From an uncultured Haloferula sp. (GTDB taxonomy: Bacteria; Verrucomicrobiota; Verrucomicrobiia; Verrucomicrobiales; Akkermansiaceae): a stretch of DNA of 64,000 nt. The notes under the pieces are model-generated. The model had not been told where the DNA came from and did no database searches. It worked only from the letters and a program-made list of their open reading frames with translations. Below, piece after piece: positions 19,985 to 31,300 of the stretch (the first letter of the stretch is position 1; each line of letters begins with the position of its first letter). The stretch is from positions 192,001 through 256,000 of the forward strand of contig CBFGTS010000003.1 of the NCBI GenBank assembly GCA_965652295.1. The letters are read 5' to 3'. Both the position numbers and the translations under genes were made by a program.

Positions 19985-20710
19985 TCAGGCGCGGCGACGG
20001 CGCAGCAGGCCGAGGAGTCCGAGGCCACCGAGCAGGGCAGCCGTGGGCTCGGGAACGATGGTGATGTTGTCCAGCGCGGACCAGGACTGGGTGTCCGCAG
20101 GGCGATAGTTGCTGAATCGAAGAAAAAGCTCCTGCGTCCCGGCACTCGAGATATCGAGCGTCGCGAGCTGAGTAAAGATCTGGTCGTCCAGATTGACCGA
20201 ATCGTAAGTGAAGCTCATCGAGTCAAGCAAAGTAACGCCGGTGGCACCCCGCACGTCGGTATTATTGCCCGGGGTGAAGCCACCGAGGCCATCGTAGGCA
20301 TAGATCCCGACGGTGATCCCCAAAGTGCGCCCGCCGTTGTCATCATTCGGCTGGCCAAAATCGAAACTGAGCGGAAGCAAAAGCGCGCCGTCCGCAGTTC
20401 CGATGCTCTGGAAGAGGTAGTTGCCGTCGTTCACATTGGCCGAAGTCGTGCTTTGGATCGCTCCCGATTCGTAGGAGCCAAGGATCACAACATTCGTGTC
20501 GTTGGGGGTGATGGTAGCGGCATTCGTCTGCCAGGTGCCTTGCCAGAAGGTTCCGTTGCTGTTGTCGAACCAGCTGGTGACATCGTCGATGTTGTTGCCA
20601 CCTCCGGTTTCGAAGTCGCCGTTGGTAATTGCCAGGGCTCCGAAAGCCGCGGGGCTGAGGAGGGAAAGCGCCGCGAGGGTGCCGATACTGTACAGGTTTT
20701 TCATTCTCAT
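19985..20710 (-). CDS. PEP-CTERM surface protein
   Basis: Signal peptide and C-terminal VPEPTAALLGGLGLLGLLRRRRA. Confidence 0.93.
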   Translation of the reverse strand: MRMKNLYSIGTLAALSLLSPAAFGALAITNGDFETGGGNNIDDVTSWFDNSNGTFWQGTWQTNAATITPNDTNVVILGSYESGAIQSTTSANVNDGNYLFQSIGTADGALLLPLSFDFGQPNDDNGGRTLGITVGIYAYDGLGGFTPGNNTDVRGATGVTLLDSMSFTYDSVNLDDQIFTQLATLDISSAGTQELFLRFSNYRPADTQSWSALDNITIVPEPTAALLGGLGLLGLLRRRRA

Positions 20711-20777
20711 GGAGGTTTTGATGGTTCGAGGGGAGAGACGGCTTCCGTTTGGGGGCTCACCTGTTCTCCCATGCCGA

Positions 20778-20806
20778 GAAGCGGATCTTCCGGAGAGAAT
20801 CCGACA
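20778..20806 (-). promoter_or_regulatory. Putative ECF promoter, copy 2
   Basis: TGTCGGATTCTC-N8-ATCCGCTTC about 70 nt upstream of the PEP-CTERM gene. Confidence 0.65.
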
Positions 20807-20911
20807 CGGGCTCCGAAGTTTTTTTCTCAGGGTCCGAACCTGAGCCTCCAAAAGCGGCGGCTGTCACCGGGAACAACCTCCGCCGGGACTGCCGTCGTTT
20901 CCCCCGGGAGA

Positions 20912-23119
20912 CTATTCCCCGCCTTCTTCCACCTGCTGGCCGGCTTCCTCAAGCAGGAGGCGGACGTTGACCCAATCGAACCAGAAACCGGCATTCGTCC
21001 CTCCCAGCTTCTCGATGCCACAATGCCCGGCTGCCTCCTCCTCCGCCCCTTCAAGATAAGCTTCGGCCTCACCGCCAGATCCGGAGCGTCGCTCAACCAT
21101 GGCCAGAAGGATGCGGCTCGATATGGGACAGGTGGGATTCACCTGCGGCTGCGCCAAACAGCGCTCCGCCCAGATCCGCGCCAACTCGTCGTCGCCCTGC
21201 CGGTAGTGGAACAGCGCCAACGCGAAACAACTCCATGCCCTGAGGTCGTGGTCGGTCCAGGTCCGGCTGTCCTTGTCTTCCAAGGCGGTTTCCACGCGCT
21301 CGGCCAGCGGTGCCAGGCGATCCAGAATCTCCGGACCCGCCGGCCGCAACAGACAGCCCTTGAGCATTTGCTCCGCCACCACCGGCTGGTTGGTGTTCCC
21401 GAAGCGCTCGATCGCGATCTTGCGGAACCAATCGTAGCGCCGCATGTCGCCGGACTGGCAAACAGCCGTCGCGGCCGGCAGCAGACGCATGGAGACCTTT
21501 TCGTTGTCCGTCGAATCCACCCGCGCCAGAGCCACGGCCATCGCGACCAGACGCCTGTCCACCTCCGCCATCCGTCCTGCGAAAAGGTGCCATTCCGCGA
21601 CCTTTGCGAAAACGTCCACCGCCTCAAGTGACGCCGGTGTGTCCTCCACCGGAATCGTCGCCAGGAGACGGTCCGCCCCCTCCATGTCCTTGTAGTGGAT
21701 CCGCACCGCCGCCTCGGCGACCCGCGAACGCACATCGGCCCGTTCCCGCAGCACCATTTCCGAGGCATGGGCGCGCTCGGCCTCGGCGCGGGCCGCCTTC
21801 TCCCGCAAAAAGAGCACCGTCGCCGCACTGAGGCCACCCAGCAAACCCACCAGCGCCAGCGTCCCGGCACCGAAAACCAGCCGGTTCCGCCGTACCAGCT
21901 TCACCAGCCGGTAGCGCCGCGTCTGCGGTCTCGCGAGCACCGGCTCCTCGTCCAGCCAGCGGCGGACATCCGCCGCCAATCCATTCACCGTGGCATAGCG
22001 CTGCGCCGGATCGCGATCCACGGCTTTGCGGACGATCCAGTCCAGCTCCTGCTCGCACCACAGAATCAACTTCTGCGCTGAAATCCCCCGCAGCCCCGCG
22101 ATCTTCGTCCGCTCGCAGGCCGGCAGCCTCCGCAACGCCTCCGATGGCGGCCTCGGCGGATTCCTTTGGAGAAACTCACGCACGTTCTGGGTTTCTCCTC
22201 CCGCCAGCTCAGCCGGCACCGGACGCGGTGGTCCGCCCAGCAGCTCCCCGAGAACAATCCCAAGGCTGTAGATATCGCTCCGGGTATCCACCGGCTCGTC
22301 CCCGGTCGCCTGCTCCGGGCTCATGTAATCCGGCGTCCCTATCTTCCGCTGCTGCCCGCCCTCGTCCGCGTCCTCGCTTTCCATCGCGATCCCGAAATCA
22401 ATCACCTTCGGTATCGGCATTCCGTCATGACTCGTCACCAGAATGTTCGAAGGCTTGATGTCCCGGTGCACCACCCCGCGCTGGTGGGCGTGCTGGATCG
22501 CCCGACACACCTTCTCGAAAAGCTCCAGCCGCTCCCGCACGCTCAACCTACGGGAATCACAGTAATCCGAGATCGACTCACCATCGACCAGTTCCATCAC
22601 GAAAAACGGGCGACCGTTCGAGGTCGTCACCGCATCCAGAACCCGGGCGATGTGCGGATGATTCATCGACGCCAGCGCCTGCGTCTCCGCCCGGAACCGG
22701 GCGATCACCTCGGGCGAGTCCAGACCGAGGCGGATGATCTTGATCGCCACCTTCCTCCGCACCGGCTCCAGCTGCTCCGCCAGATACACCACCCCGCATC
22801 CTCCCGAACCCAGCCGCTCGATCAACCGGTAGCGGCCGAGGCCGATGCCCAGGCCGCCGTCCGGCATGGGCTCATCCTCCTCGTCCGCCACCGCGTGGCG
22901 CGGGTCGAACTCGAAGAAATCATCAGCATCCTCCTGCACGCCGAGCAGCACATCCAACCGCGCGCGCAACTCCGGATCGCCCCGGCAGACGTGCTCGAGA
23001 AAAACCGATTGCTCCGCCGCCGAGCCGAACATCGAAGCCGCATCGAACAGCAGCTTCTCCACCGCGGCAGACGTTTCCGCGCCGTGCCCCGCCGCCTCGT
23101 CCCTTGCGCTAGAGTTCAT
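20912..23119 (-). CDS. Hanks-type Ser/Thr protein kinase with TM helix and helical C-terminal region
   Basis: LGSGGCGVVY, VAIK, HRDIKPSN, DFG, GTPDYMSPEQ. Confidence 0.95.
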   Translation of the reverse strand: MNSSARDEAAGHGAETSAAVEKLLFDAASMFGSAAEQSVFLEHVCRGDPELRARLDVLLGVQEDADDFFEFDPRHAVADEEDEPMPDGGLGIGLGRYRLIERLGSGGCGVVYLAEQLEPVRRKVAIKIIRLGLDSPEVIARFRAETQALASMNHPHIARVLDAVTTSNGRPFFVMELVDGESISDYCDSRRLSVRERLELFEKVCRAIQHAHQRGVVHRDIKPSNILVTSHDGMPIPKVIDFGIAMESEDADEGGQQRKIGTPDYMSPEQATGDEPVDTRSDIYSLGIVLGELLGGPPRPVPAELAGGETQNVREFLQRNPPRPPSEALRRLPACERTKIAGLRGISAQKLILWCEQELDWIVRKAVDRDPAQRYATVNGLAADVRRWLDEEPVLARPQTRRYRLVKLVRRNRLVFGAGTLALVGLLGGLSAATVLFLREKAARAEAERAHASEMVLRERADVRSRVAEAAVRIHYKDMEGADRLLATIPVEDTPASLEAVDVFAKVAEWHLFAGRMAEVDRRLVAMAVALARVDSTDNEKVSMRLLPAATAVCQSGDMRRYDWFRKIAIERFGNTNQPVVAEQMLKGCLLRPAGPEILDRLAPLAERVETALEDKDSRTWTDHDLRAWSCFALALFHYRQGDDELARIWAERCLAQPQVNPTCPISSRILLAMVERRSGSGGEAEAYLEGAEEEAAGHCGIEKLGGTNAGFWFDWVNVRLLLEEAGQQVEEGGE

Positions 23120-23666
23120 CCCGGATCATCTGGAACAGCCGCGCCTTGGCGTAGCGCCAGTGGCGCTCGATCGTCCGCTCACTCACTCCATCCATCGCCG
23201 CGATCTCCTTGTTCGTAAGCCCGCCGAAAAACTTGAGCGACACCACCCGCGCGATGTCCGGCTGATCGGACTCAAGGCGATTCAGCACCTCGTCCACCAT
23301 CAGCACCCGCTGATCCTGACTCGCGTCCGCGACGTCGAACCTCTCCAGATCCGAGGGCCTGACCCCCGCGCCACGTTTCTTCGCGGCCTTCTCCCGTGCC
23401 CGGTCCACCAGAATGCGCCGCATGGCCTGCGCCGCGGTGCGGAAAAAATGCTCGCGATCATTCCAATCCTGCGTCTCGTCGCCTCCCAGCTTCAACCACG
23501 CCTCGTGCACCAGGGCCGTCGGCTGGATCGTCTGCTGGGTCCGCTCGCGCGACATGTTCCGCGCCGCCAGACTACGCAGCTCATCGTAGACCAAGGGCAG
23601 GAGATCGCCGGAAACCGGCCGGCCCGTTGGACTCGAAGCTTTCAGGATATGGGTGATCTTGCTCAA
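23109..23666 (-). CDS. ECF sigma factor, kinase-associated Planctomycete/Verrucomicrobia type (TTG start inferred)
   Basis: LLPLVYDELRSLA...QPTALVHEAWLKL...HFFRTAAQAMRRILVDRAR; overlaps the kinase gene. Confidence 0.92.
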   Translation of the reverse strand: MSKITHILKASSPTGRPVSGDLLPLVYDELRSLAARNMSRERTQQTIQPTALVHEAWLKLGGDETQDWNDREHFFRTAAQAMRRILVDRAREKAAKKRGAGVRPSDLERFDVADASQDQRVLMVDEVLNRLESDQPDIARVVSLKFFGGLTNKEIAAMDGVSERTIERHWRYAKARLFQMIRDEL

Positions 23667-23911
23667 TGGCTTGGGGATGCCGCACGGCGGAGCTCGATCA
23701 CAGCCTAGCCGCCGCCCCATCCAGGCGGCAATCCCGATCTCCGCCGCCTACTTTTCGGTCCGCTCTGACATCAGGCCCGGCGGCGATCCGACCTCTCCCA
23801 TCGCCCCATATTCGACCCCTTTTCTGCCTTGGCGGAAGCACTGCTTGCTTCGAAAGCGGATCGGGATTAACGGAATAACAACCTCGTCCCGTTCATCCCC
23901 TTTACGAAAAG

Positions 23912-24289
23912 GTGAGTTTTCTCCGTTCCGTCCTCGCACTGCTGCTGGTCTTCCTCATGGGAAGCCCGCTTTGTTGCTGCGCCGCAGGCGGAGGGAATAC
24001 GGAGACGGCTCCCGGGCCGTCCACGTGCTGCAGCCAGACCGGAGGTCAGCCCTCCGACGAACGCGCTCCGGATGATCACGTCTGCCTCTGCAAGTCGAAG
24101 GAACCCCGCGATGTCGGCGAGTTGACAGTCGCGCCGCAGCCACCCCTCTTGCCTCTCCCGCGAGAAGCCGCGGTGGCCGTCCCGCCTCCCGAGGCAAGCC
24201 GCGCCCCCGCGTGCGTCGCCGCCCCCCTCTTCTCCGGTATCGATCCGCCGCGGGCGCTTCTCGCTCGTTTTTCGCGCTGGATCATTTGA
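23912..24289 (+). CDS. Small Cys-rich protein leading the metal efflux operon
   Basis: CCC, CC and CLC clusters, C-terminal DPPR. Confidence 0.55.
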   Translation: MSFLRSVLALLLVFLMGSPLCCCAAGGGNTETAPGPSTCCSQTGGQPSDERAPDDHVCLCKSKEPRDVGELTVAPQPPLLPLPREAAVAVPPPEASRAPACVAAPLFSGIDPPRALLARFSRWII

Positions 24290-24446
24290 TACCCTCGTAG
24301 CGCCCCGACCTTTCCGGAGCAGCGCTCCCTTCACGCATTCCCGCTGCCGGGCATGCATCCCGTCCACGATGGCCCGGCCATCGCTCCTTCGTCGATTTCA
24401 CGAAGGCTCGTATTCTCTCTAACATTCTATCCAATCACCACTCATC

Positions 24447-24731
24447 ATGAAAACCATCCTCATCCTCAGCTCCATGTCCGCCGTTCTCGCCCTCGCCTCG
24501 TGCAGCAAGGACGAAACCACCACCTCGAACCCACCCGCGGGGGCCGAAAGCCCGGCCGCCACCCCCTACCCGCTGGAGGTCTGTCTGGTCTCCGGCGAAG
24601 AACTCGGCTCGATGGGCGAGCCCCATGTCATCGTCCACGAAGGACAGGAGATCCGTTTCTGCTGCGAGCAGTGCGAACCGAAGTTCAAAGCAAATCCCGA
24701 GAAATACCTCTCGCAGCTCGCAAACCCCTGA
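24447..24731 (+). CDS. YHS/TRASH-like metal-binding lipoprotein
   Basis: Lipobox LASC; CLVSGEELGSMG...FCCEQCEPKF. Confidence 0.85.
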   Translation: MKTILILSSMSAVLALASCSKDETTTSNPPAGAESPAATPYPLEVCLVSGEELGSMGEPHVIVHEGQEIRFCCEQCEPKFKANPEKYLSQLANP

Positions 24732-24772
24732 ACCTCCAACCCGGGGGCTCTCCGGTTCCCTATCCGCAACCG

Positions 24773-26083
24773 ATGAGACCAATCATTCTGATGCTGGGCG
24801 CTGGCCTGCTGCTACCCGCCTGTACGACCGCGCCGGATTCGGCACCCGGGAAATCCGTGACGCTCATCCCCGCCCCACCAAGCGGTGCCGTGAGCTACGG
24901 AGTGCCGGGCAACGCCGGTCCGGAGGAACTCGCCCGCCTTGCGATGCGCCATCATCCGTCGATCGCCGCCGCCCGGCACCGGGCCGAGCGCCTTGAGGCC
25001 AAGGCTCCGCAGGAGCGGTCGCTGCCGGATCCCAGCATCGAGGTGGCGGCCGGTTCCATGGCCGAGACGGCCGCCGGTCGGATGCAGGCGATGGGTGGGG
25101 TGAAGCAGAAGATTCCCTTCCCGGGAAAACGTCGGGAGGCGGCCGCGGCCGCCGAGCGCGAGGCCGCCGCAGCACGGGCGGAGATCGCGGCGCTCGAACT
25201 CAAGCTCACCGAGCAGGTCCACGCCGCCTGGTGGGACCTCTACCTCGCCCACCGGACCCTCGAACTCACCGGCGAAAGTCGCTCGGTTCTGGGAGCCGTG
25301 CGCGAAACGGTCGATGCCCGCGTCGCCGCGGATCAGGCCAATCAAGCGGACCAGCTGCAGCTTTCCAACGAGCTGGCCATGATCGACTCCGACCTCGCCG
25401 CCGCCCGCCAGCTCCAGGCCAGTGCGCGGGCGCGGCTCAATTCCCTGCTCAACCGGCCGGCCGGGGCATCCCTGCCGCCACCACGCGAGGTCGCGATTCC
25501 CAGCTCCGGCAGCTTGGAACACCTGCTGGCCACCGCCCAGGCACATCACCCGGAGGTCGCCGCTGCCGAGCAGCGGGCCAATGCCTTCCGTCACCGGCTG
25601 AAGCGTGCGGAGCTTGAGAAGTTCCCCGATTTCACCGCAGGGATCACAGGTGCCGCGGTTTCGGATTCCGGGCTCTCGCGCATGGCCAACGGCCGCGATC
25701 AGGTCTACGCGACCCTCGGCGTGAACATCCCGCTGTGGCAGGAGCCCCGCAAGGCGATGATCCGCGAGGCACGGGAAGGCATGGCGGAAACCGAAGCCAT
25801 GATCGCCAGCACCCGCTCCGATCTCCGCTACCGGGTGGAAGAGGCCTGGTTCCGCGCCAAAACCGCGCGCGAGGTGGCCGATCTTTTCCAGACCCGTCTC
25901 GTCCCGGACGCCCGACAGGCCTACGACGTGACCCTGACGGGCTACAGCGCCGGCAGCCGCGATTTCAACGATTTGATCGAAACCTGGCGGCAACACCTCG
26001 CCTACCGCCTCCAACTCGCCCGCAACCAAGCCCAGCTCGGCAAGGCCACCGCCACCCTCCGGGCCGCCGCCGGCATCCGGTAA
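24773..26083 (+). CDS. TolC/CusC family outer membrane efflux protein
   Basis: Lipobox LPAC, LPDP...QKIPFPGKR, duplicated OEP helical repeats. Confidence 0.9.
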   Translation: MRPIILMLGAGLLLPACTTAPDSAPGKSVTLIPAPPSGAVSYGVPGNAGPEELARLAMRHHPSIAAARHRAERLEAKAPQERSLPDPSIEVAAGSMAETAAGRMQAMGGVKQKIPFPGKRREAAAAAEREAAAARAEIAALELKLTEQVHAAWWDLYLAHRTLELTGESRSVLGAVRETVDARVAADQANQADQLQLSNELAMIDSDLAAARQLQASARARLNSLLNRPAGASLPPPREVAIPSSGSLEHLLATAQAHHPEVAAAEQRANAFRHRLKRAELEKFPDFTAGITGAAVSDSGLSRMANGRDQVYATLGVNIPLWQEPRKAMIREAREGMAETEAMIASTRSDLRYRVEEAWFRAKTAREVADLFQTRLVPDARQAYDVTLTGYSAGSRDFNDLIETWRQHLAYRLQLARNQAQLGKATATLRAAAGIR

Positions 26084-26092
26084 CACCTTCCC

Positions 26093-28327
26093 ATGAAAAC
26101 TCCCGTCGTGTCTCAACGCGTGAAACGCGCCTCGCGCAAACTGGCAGCCCTCGCCCTGCCTCTGCTCTTGTTCTTCGCCGGCTGGTGGTTCGGCCTGCCG
26201 CCGTCGGAAAAAGACGATGGCAGCGACCCGGCCGCCGGCACTGGAACGATCTGGACCTGCTCCATGCACCCGCAGATCCGGCAACCGAATTCGGGCCTGT
26301 GCCCGATCTGCAACATGGACCTGATCCCGCTGACGGACGACGCCGGCGGGGGCCTGCGCGAAGTCACGGTGAGCCCCGAGGCCGCCGCTTTGCTCGACCT
26401 CCGGGTGGCCCCGGTCGTCCGGGCACCCGCCGAGGCGGAAGTCCACCTCTTCGGCCGAATCGACTACGACGAGCGTGGCGTCACCACCATCACGTCACGC
26501 GTCGCCGGGCGGCTCGACCGCTTGTTCGTCGATTTCACCGGTGCGCGGGTGCGGAAAGGAGATCACCTCGCGGAAATCTACTCGCCCGACCTGCTCGTGG
26601 CCCAACGCGAGTTGATCGAAGCCAGTCGGGCGTTCGAGGCGCTGAATGGAGCTTCCTCCGCCGTCAAGGACACCCGCCGGCGCTTGCTCGAAGCCGCCCG
26701 GGAAAAACTCCGGTTGCTCCAGTTCACCGAAGAGCAGGTGCTCCAGATCGAGAACTCCGCCCAACCCACCGATCATCTCACGCTCTACGCCCCGCAGTCC
26801 GGCATCGTCACCGAAAAGTTCGCCTCGGAAGGCCAGTACGTGAACACCGGCGATCCGCTTTTCAAAGTGGCCGACCTCTCCACCGTGTGGCTTGAGCTGG
26901 AAGCCTACGAGGCCGATCTGACATGGCTGCGTTACGGTCAGGACGTCGCTTTTTCCGTCGAAGCCCTCCCGGGTCGCACCTTTCACGGCCGCATCGCCTT
27001 CATCGATCCGGAGATCGATCCGATGCGCCGGGTCGCGCGGGTCCGGGTGAACGTGAAAAACGACGACCTGGCGCTCAAGCCCGGGATGTTCGCCCAGGCG
27101 GTCGTCCACTCGACCATGACCGCGAATGGCAACGTGCTGGACCCCTCGCTGCGGGGCAAATGGATCAGCCCGATGCACCCCGAGATCATCAAGGACGGAC
27201 CCGGCCAGTGCGACATCTGCGGCATGGACCTGGTGCCTGCCGAGCAGCTGGGTTTCATCCCCTCCGCCGAGTCGTCTCCGAACCCCTTGCTGGTGCCCGC
27301 CTCGGCGGTCCTCAGGACCGGGGAGCGCGCCGTCGTTTACGTCCGCACCGGAACCGACGCAGGCCCCACCTTCGAGGGTCGGGAAATCGTGACCGGTCCC
27401 CGAGTCGGCAACCAGTTCATCGTCGAGGCCGGGCTGGAGGAAGGTGAGCTGGTCGTCGCGCGCGGTGCCTTCAAGCTCGATTCCGAACTCCAGATCAAGG
27501 CCAAGCCCTCGATGATGAACCCCAACGCGGGACTCGAGGAACGCCCGGCGGGTAGCGCACCCGACGAGCTGGCCGGTCAGTGGGCTCCCGTTCCACGACT
27601 CCTTTTCCGCTTCATGGAAGATCCGGACCTCCAGGGAATCGATGCCCTCTCGTCGCTCGTGCGGGGAGTGGACGTGGATTCACTCCAACCCGACGACCTC
27701 AATCTCTGGAATGAATTTTCCCAACGTCTGCTCAACGACCTGACCGTGGCCGCCGACGAACTCGATGCCACCCCGCAGGCCGCGGCAAGGCGCGTCGCCC
27801 GGGCCGTGGAAAACGCCGGCCGACACCTCGGCCTGCCCTATCAACCCCAGCCGACTCCCTCCGCCGATCCGTCGCAGGCGGCCTCGCTGCGCAAGGCCGT
27901 CGCTGCCTACCTGCCCGTCGCGCAGGCCTTGGCCGCCGACGATGACGCGGAGGCCCGACAAGCCGCGCGAGACCTCGTCCCGGCGGTCCCCACCGACCTC
28001 CGTCCCCTCGCCGAAGCCGTGGCCGACGCCGCCGATCTCAAATCCCGCCGCGCCGCCTTCAAACCCTTGAGCGACGCCCTCATCGCCCGCATCCGCGAGG
28101 GCGGGATCGATGCCGTCGGCAACGCTTACATCGTCCACTGCCCGATGGCCTTCGGCAATCAAGGGGCCGACTGGATCTCCGACGAACCTGTGGTCCTCAA
28201 TCCCTACTACGGCGACGCCATGCTCACCTGCGGCAGCGTGACCGACACGCTCTCCGTAGAGTCCACATCCGCGCCGGAAAACTCCGCGAAACCCCAGAAG
28301 CCCGAACGCAAGAACACCGATCACTAG
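26093..28327 (+). CDS. CusB-like efflux adaptor with heavy-metal-binding domains and DUF3347-like tail
   Basis: WTCSMHPQI...CPICNMDL, ISPMHP...CDICGMDL, LKPGMF, HCPMAF...NPYYGDAMLTCG. Confidence 0.92.
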   Translation: MKTPVVSQRVKRASRKLAALALPLLLFFAGWWFGLPPSEKDDGSDPAAGTGTIWTCSMHPQIRQPNSGLCPICNMDLIPLTDDAGGGLREVTVSPEAAALLDLRVAPVVRAPAEAEVHLFGRIDYDERGVTTITSRVAGRLDRLFVDFTGARVRKGDHLAEIYSPDLLVAQRELIEASRAFEALNGASSAVKDTRRRLLEAAREKLRLLQFTEEQVLQIENSAQPTDHLTLYAPQSGIVTEKFASEGQYVNTGDPLFKVADLSTVWLELEAYEADLTWLRYGQDVAFSVEALPGRTFHGRIAFIDPEIDPMRRVARVRVNVKNDDLALKPGMFAQAVVHSTMTANGNVLDPSLRGKWISPMHPEIIKDGPGQCDICGMDLVPAEQLGFIPSAESSPNPLLVPASAVLRTGERAVVYVRTGTDAGPTFEGREIVTGPRVGNQFIVEAGLEEGELVVARGAFKLDSELQIKAKPSMMNPNAGLEERPAGSAPDELAGQWAPVPRLLFRFMEDPDLQGIDALSSLVRGVDVDSLQPDDLNLWNEFSQRLLNDLTVAADELDATPQAAARRVARAVENAGRHLGLPYQPQPTPSADPSQAASLRKAVAAYLPVAQALAADDDAEARQAARDLVPAVPTDLRPLAEAVADAADLKSRRAAFKPLSDALIARIREGGIDAVGNAYIVHCPMAFGNQGADWISDEPVVLNPYYGDAMLTCGSVTDTLSVESTSAPENSAKPQKPERKNTDH

Positions 28328-28351
28328 TCACCGGTTACCGATCATTCCGCG

Positions 28352-31300
28352 ATGAACCGCCTCATCCATTTCTGCCTTCATCAGAAGCTGGTCGTCCTGT
28401 TGCTGCTGATCTTCTTCATCGGCTGGGGAGTTCGCGTCGCGCCCTTCGACTGGGACACCGGCGGCTACCCGCGCGACCCCGTCGCGGTCGATGCCATCCC
28501 CGACCTCGGCGACAATCAACAGATCGTTTACACCGATTGGCCCGGCCGCTCGCCGCAGGACATCGAGGACCAGGTGACGTATCCGCTCACCGTCGCGCTG
28601 CTGGGCGTGCCCGGTGTCCGGGAAGTCCGCTCCTTCTCGATGTTCGGCAGCTCCTACATCTATCTGATCTTCGAGGAGGATGTGGAGTTCTACTGGAGTC
28701 GCAGTCGTGTGCTGGAAAAACTCAACTCACTGCCCGCCGGACTTCTCCCCGAAACGGTCGTGCCCACGCTCGGACCCGATGCCACCGGCCTCGGGCAGGT
28801 GTTCTGGTATGTGCTGGAGGGCCGCGATCCCGAGGGAAATCCGGTCGGCGGATGGGACCCGGACGAACTCCGCGCCATCCAGGACTGGCAGGTCCGCTAC
28901 GCCCTGCTCGCCTCCGGCGGCGTGGCCGAGGTCGCGTCCATCGGCGGCTACCAGCGGCAATATCAGGTCGATGTCGACCCGGACCGGCTCCGCGCCCACA
29001 ACGTCACCCTCGCCCAAGTCGTCGATGCCGTGCGCAAATCGAATCAGGAGATCGGCGCGCGCAACCTCGCCGTCAACGGGGTCGAGTATTTCCTTCGCGG
29101 CACCGGTTACATCGAGGATGTCGCCGACATCGAGAAGGCCGTCGTCGCCGTCCGCGGAAACACCGCGATCACCGTGAAGGAAGTCGCCGCCGTCACCCTT
29201 GGCCCGGCGATGCGGCGCGGCGCGCTCGACGTCAACGGCGCGGACGCCACCGGCGGAGTGGTCGTCGCCCGCTTCGGCGCCAACCCGCTCGCCACCATCA
29301 AGGCGACCAAGGCGAAGCTCAAAGACCTGGAAACCTCCTTGCCGGTCCGCGCCGTGATTGATTGGGAAAAGGTGGATTCCGAACAGGCCCGCGATTTCGC
29401 ACAACGACAGGGGATCGAGCCCGCCTTCGATGATGCCGGCACTCCCGACGAGGCGGCATGGCTCGATTTCACCCGCCGCACACCGCGCGCCGAATGGCCC
29501 GACTGGCTGACCACCTCCAAGGTGACCGTGGTCCCGTTCTACGACCGCTCGAAGCTCATCGACGAAACGCTCAATACCCTCGACGAAGCACTCTATCAAC
29601 AGGTGCTCGTGACCATCCTCGTGGTCATCGTGATGGTCCTCCATCTCCGCACCAGCCTGCTCATTTCCGCGATGCTGCCGCTGGCCGTGCTGATCACCTT
29701 CATCACCATGAAGCTCGCGGGCGTCGATGCCAACGTCGTCGCCCTCGCCGGCATTGCCATCGCCATCGGCACGGTCGTCGATGTCGGTATCGTGCTCACG
29801 GAGAACATCCTCAAGCACCTCGATGAAGCCGACCCCGGAGAATCCATCGCCTCCGTGATCTACCGGGCCGTCACCGAGGTCGCCAGCGCGGTGACCACCT
29901 CGGTCCTGACGACGGTGATCAGCTTCCTGCCCGTCTTCACCATGACCGGCGAGGCCGGACGTCTCTTCAAGCCGCTGGCCTTCACCAAAACCTTCGCCCT
30001 GATTGCCTCGATCGTCGTCGCTCTGACCATCATCCCACCGGTCGCGCATCTGCTCTTCGGCTCGTTTCCGAAACTCTTCCGCAGCCGTCGGGGGCTGTCT
30101 TCCGGGTTGCTCGCCGCCGCCGGAGTCATCGCCTTCGCCTTCTCCGTCCTACTGGCGGTCGCGCTGTGGGTGCTCGCCGCAGGGATCGCCATCGATCCCT
30201 TCGTCCGCGGCAAGGTCCGCAGAGGTTTCGTCCTCGGCGTCAACTGGATTGCCGCGCTGACGGTGGTGATCTTTCTCACCATCGACTGGATGCCGCTCGG
30301 TCTCGACCGCAGCACGCTGGAGAACGTCTTCTTCGTGGTCCTCGTCGTCGGCGGACTGCTGCTCGCTTTCAAGGGCTTCGAGGTGATCTATCCGCGCGTC
30401 CTCGCATGGTGTCTCGCGCACAAAGCGACCTTCCTCGTGCTGCCCGTCGGCCTTCTTGTCTTCGGACTCAGCGTGCTGGTCGGTTTCCCGAAACTCTTCG
30501 GCTTCATGCCGCGCATGTTCGGCCAAGGCATCGCCGAAACCCGCCTCTGGCAAAGCGCCGCGGAAAAAATCCCCGGTCTCGGTCAGGAATTCCGCCCGCC
30601 TCTGGACGAAGGCTCTTTCCTCTACATGCCGACGGTCAGCCCGCATGCCTCCATCGACGAGGCCATGAACTTTCTGCGCCAGACCGACGCCGCCATCGCC
30701 GCCATCCCCGAAGTCGAACGGGTCGTCGGCAAGATCGGACGAGTCGATTCCCCGCTCGATCCCGCACCCATCTCGATGATCGAGACGGTGATCAATTATG
30801 TTTCCGAGTACCGCACCGACGAGAAAGGGAGGGTTCTGAGATTCCGCACCGACGACGAGGGCAACTTCCTCTACGACGAGAGCGGCAACCTGATCGAAGA
30901 CCGTCGCGGCCAACCCTTCCGACAATGGCGTCCGGAGATCCGCACCCCCGAGGACATCTGGGCGAAAATCGACGAAGCCACCCGCATCCCCGGCATCACC
31001 GGAGCGCCCAAGCTCCAGCCCATCGAGACCCGCCTGGTGATGCTGCGAACCGGCATGCGCGCGCCGATGGGGCTCAAGATCAAAGGCGAATCCCTCGAAG
31101 AAATCGAATCCTTCGGCCTGCAGGTCGAGAAGCTCCTGCGCAGTGGCGAAGTCGAGGGCCTCGCGCCCGCCACCGTCAATGCCGACCGCATCGTCGGCAA
31201 ACCCTACCTTGAGATCGAACCCGACCGCGAGGCCGCCTCACGCTACGGACTCAACATCGCCGACATCCACGACACCGTCCAAACCGCGATCGGCGGGCGG

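Noticed and set aside
29340..29520. Roughly 60-aa extra segment in CusA as another mobile insert
   Set aside because: No flanking repeats or nuclease motifs and host-like codons; probably a lineage-specific loop.
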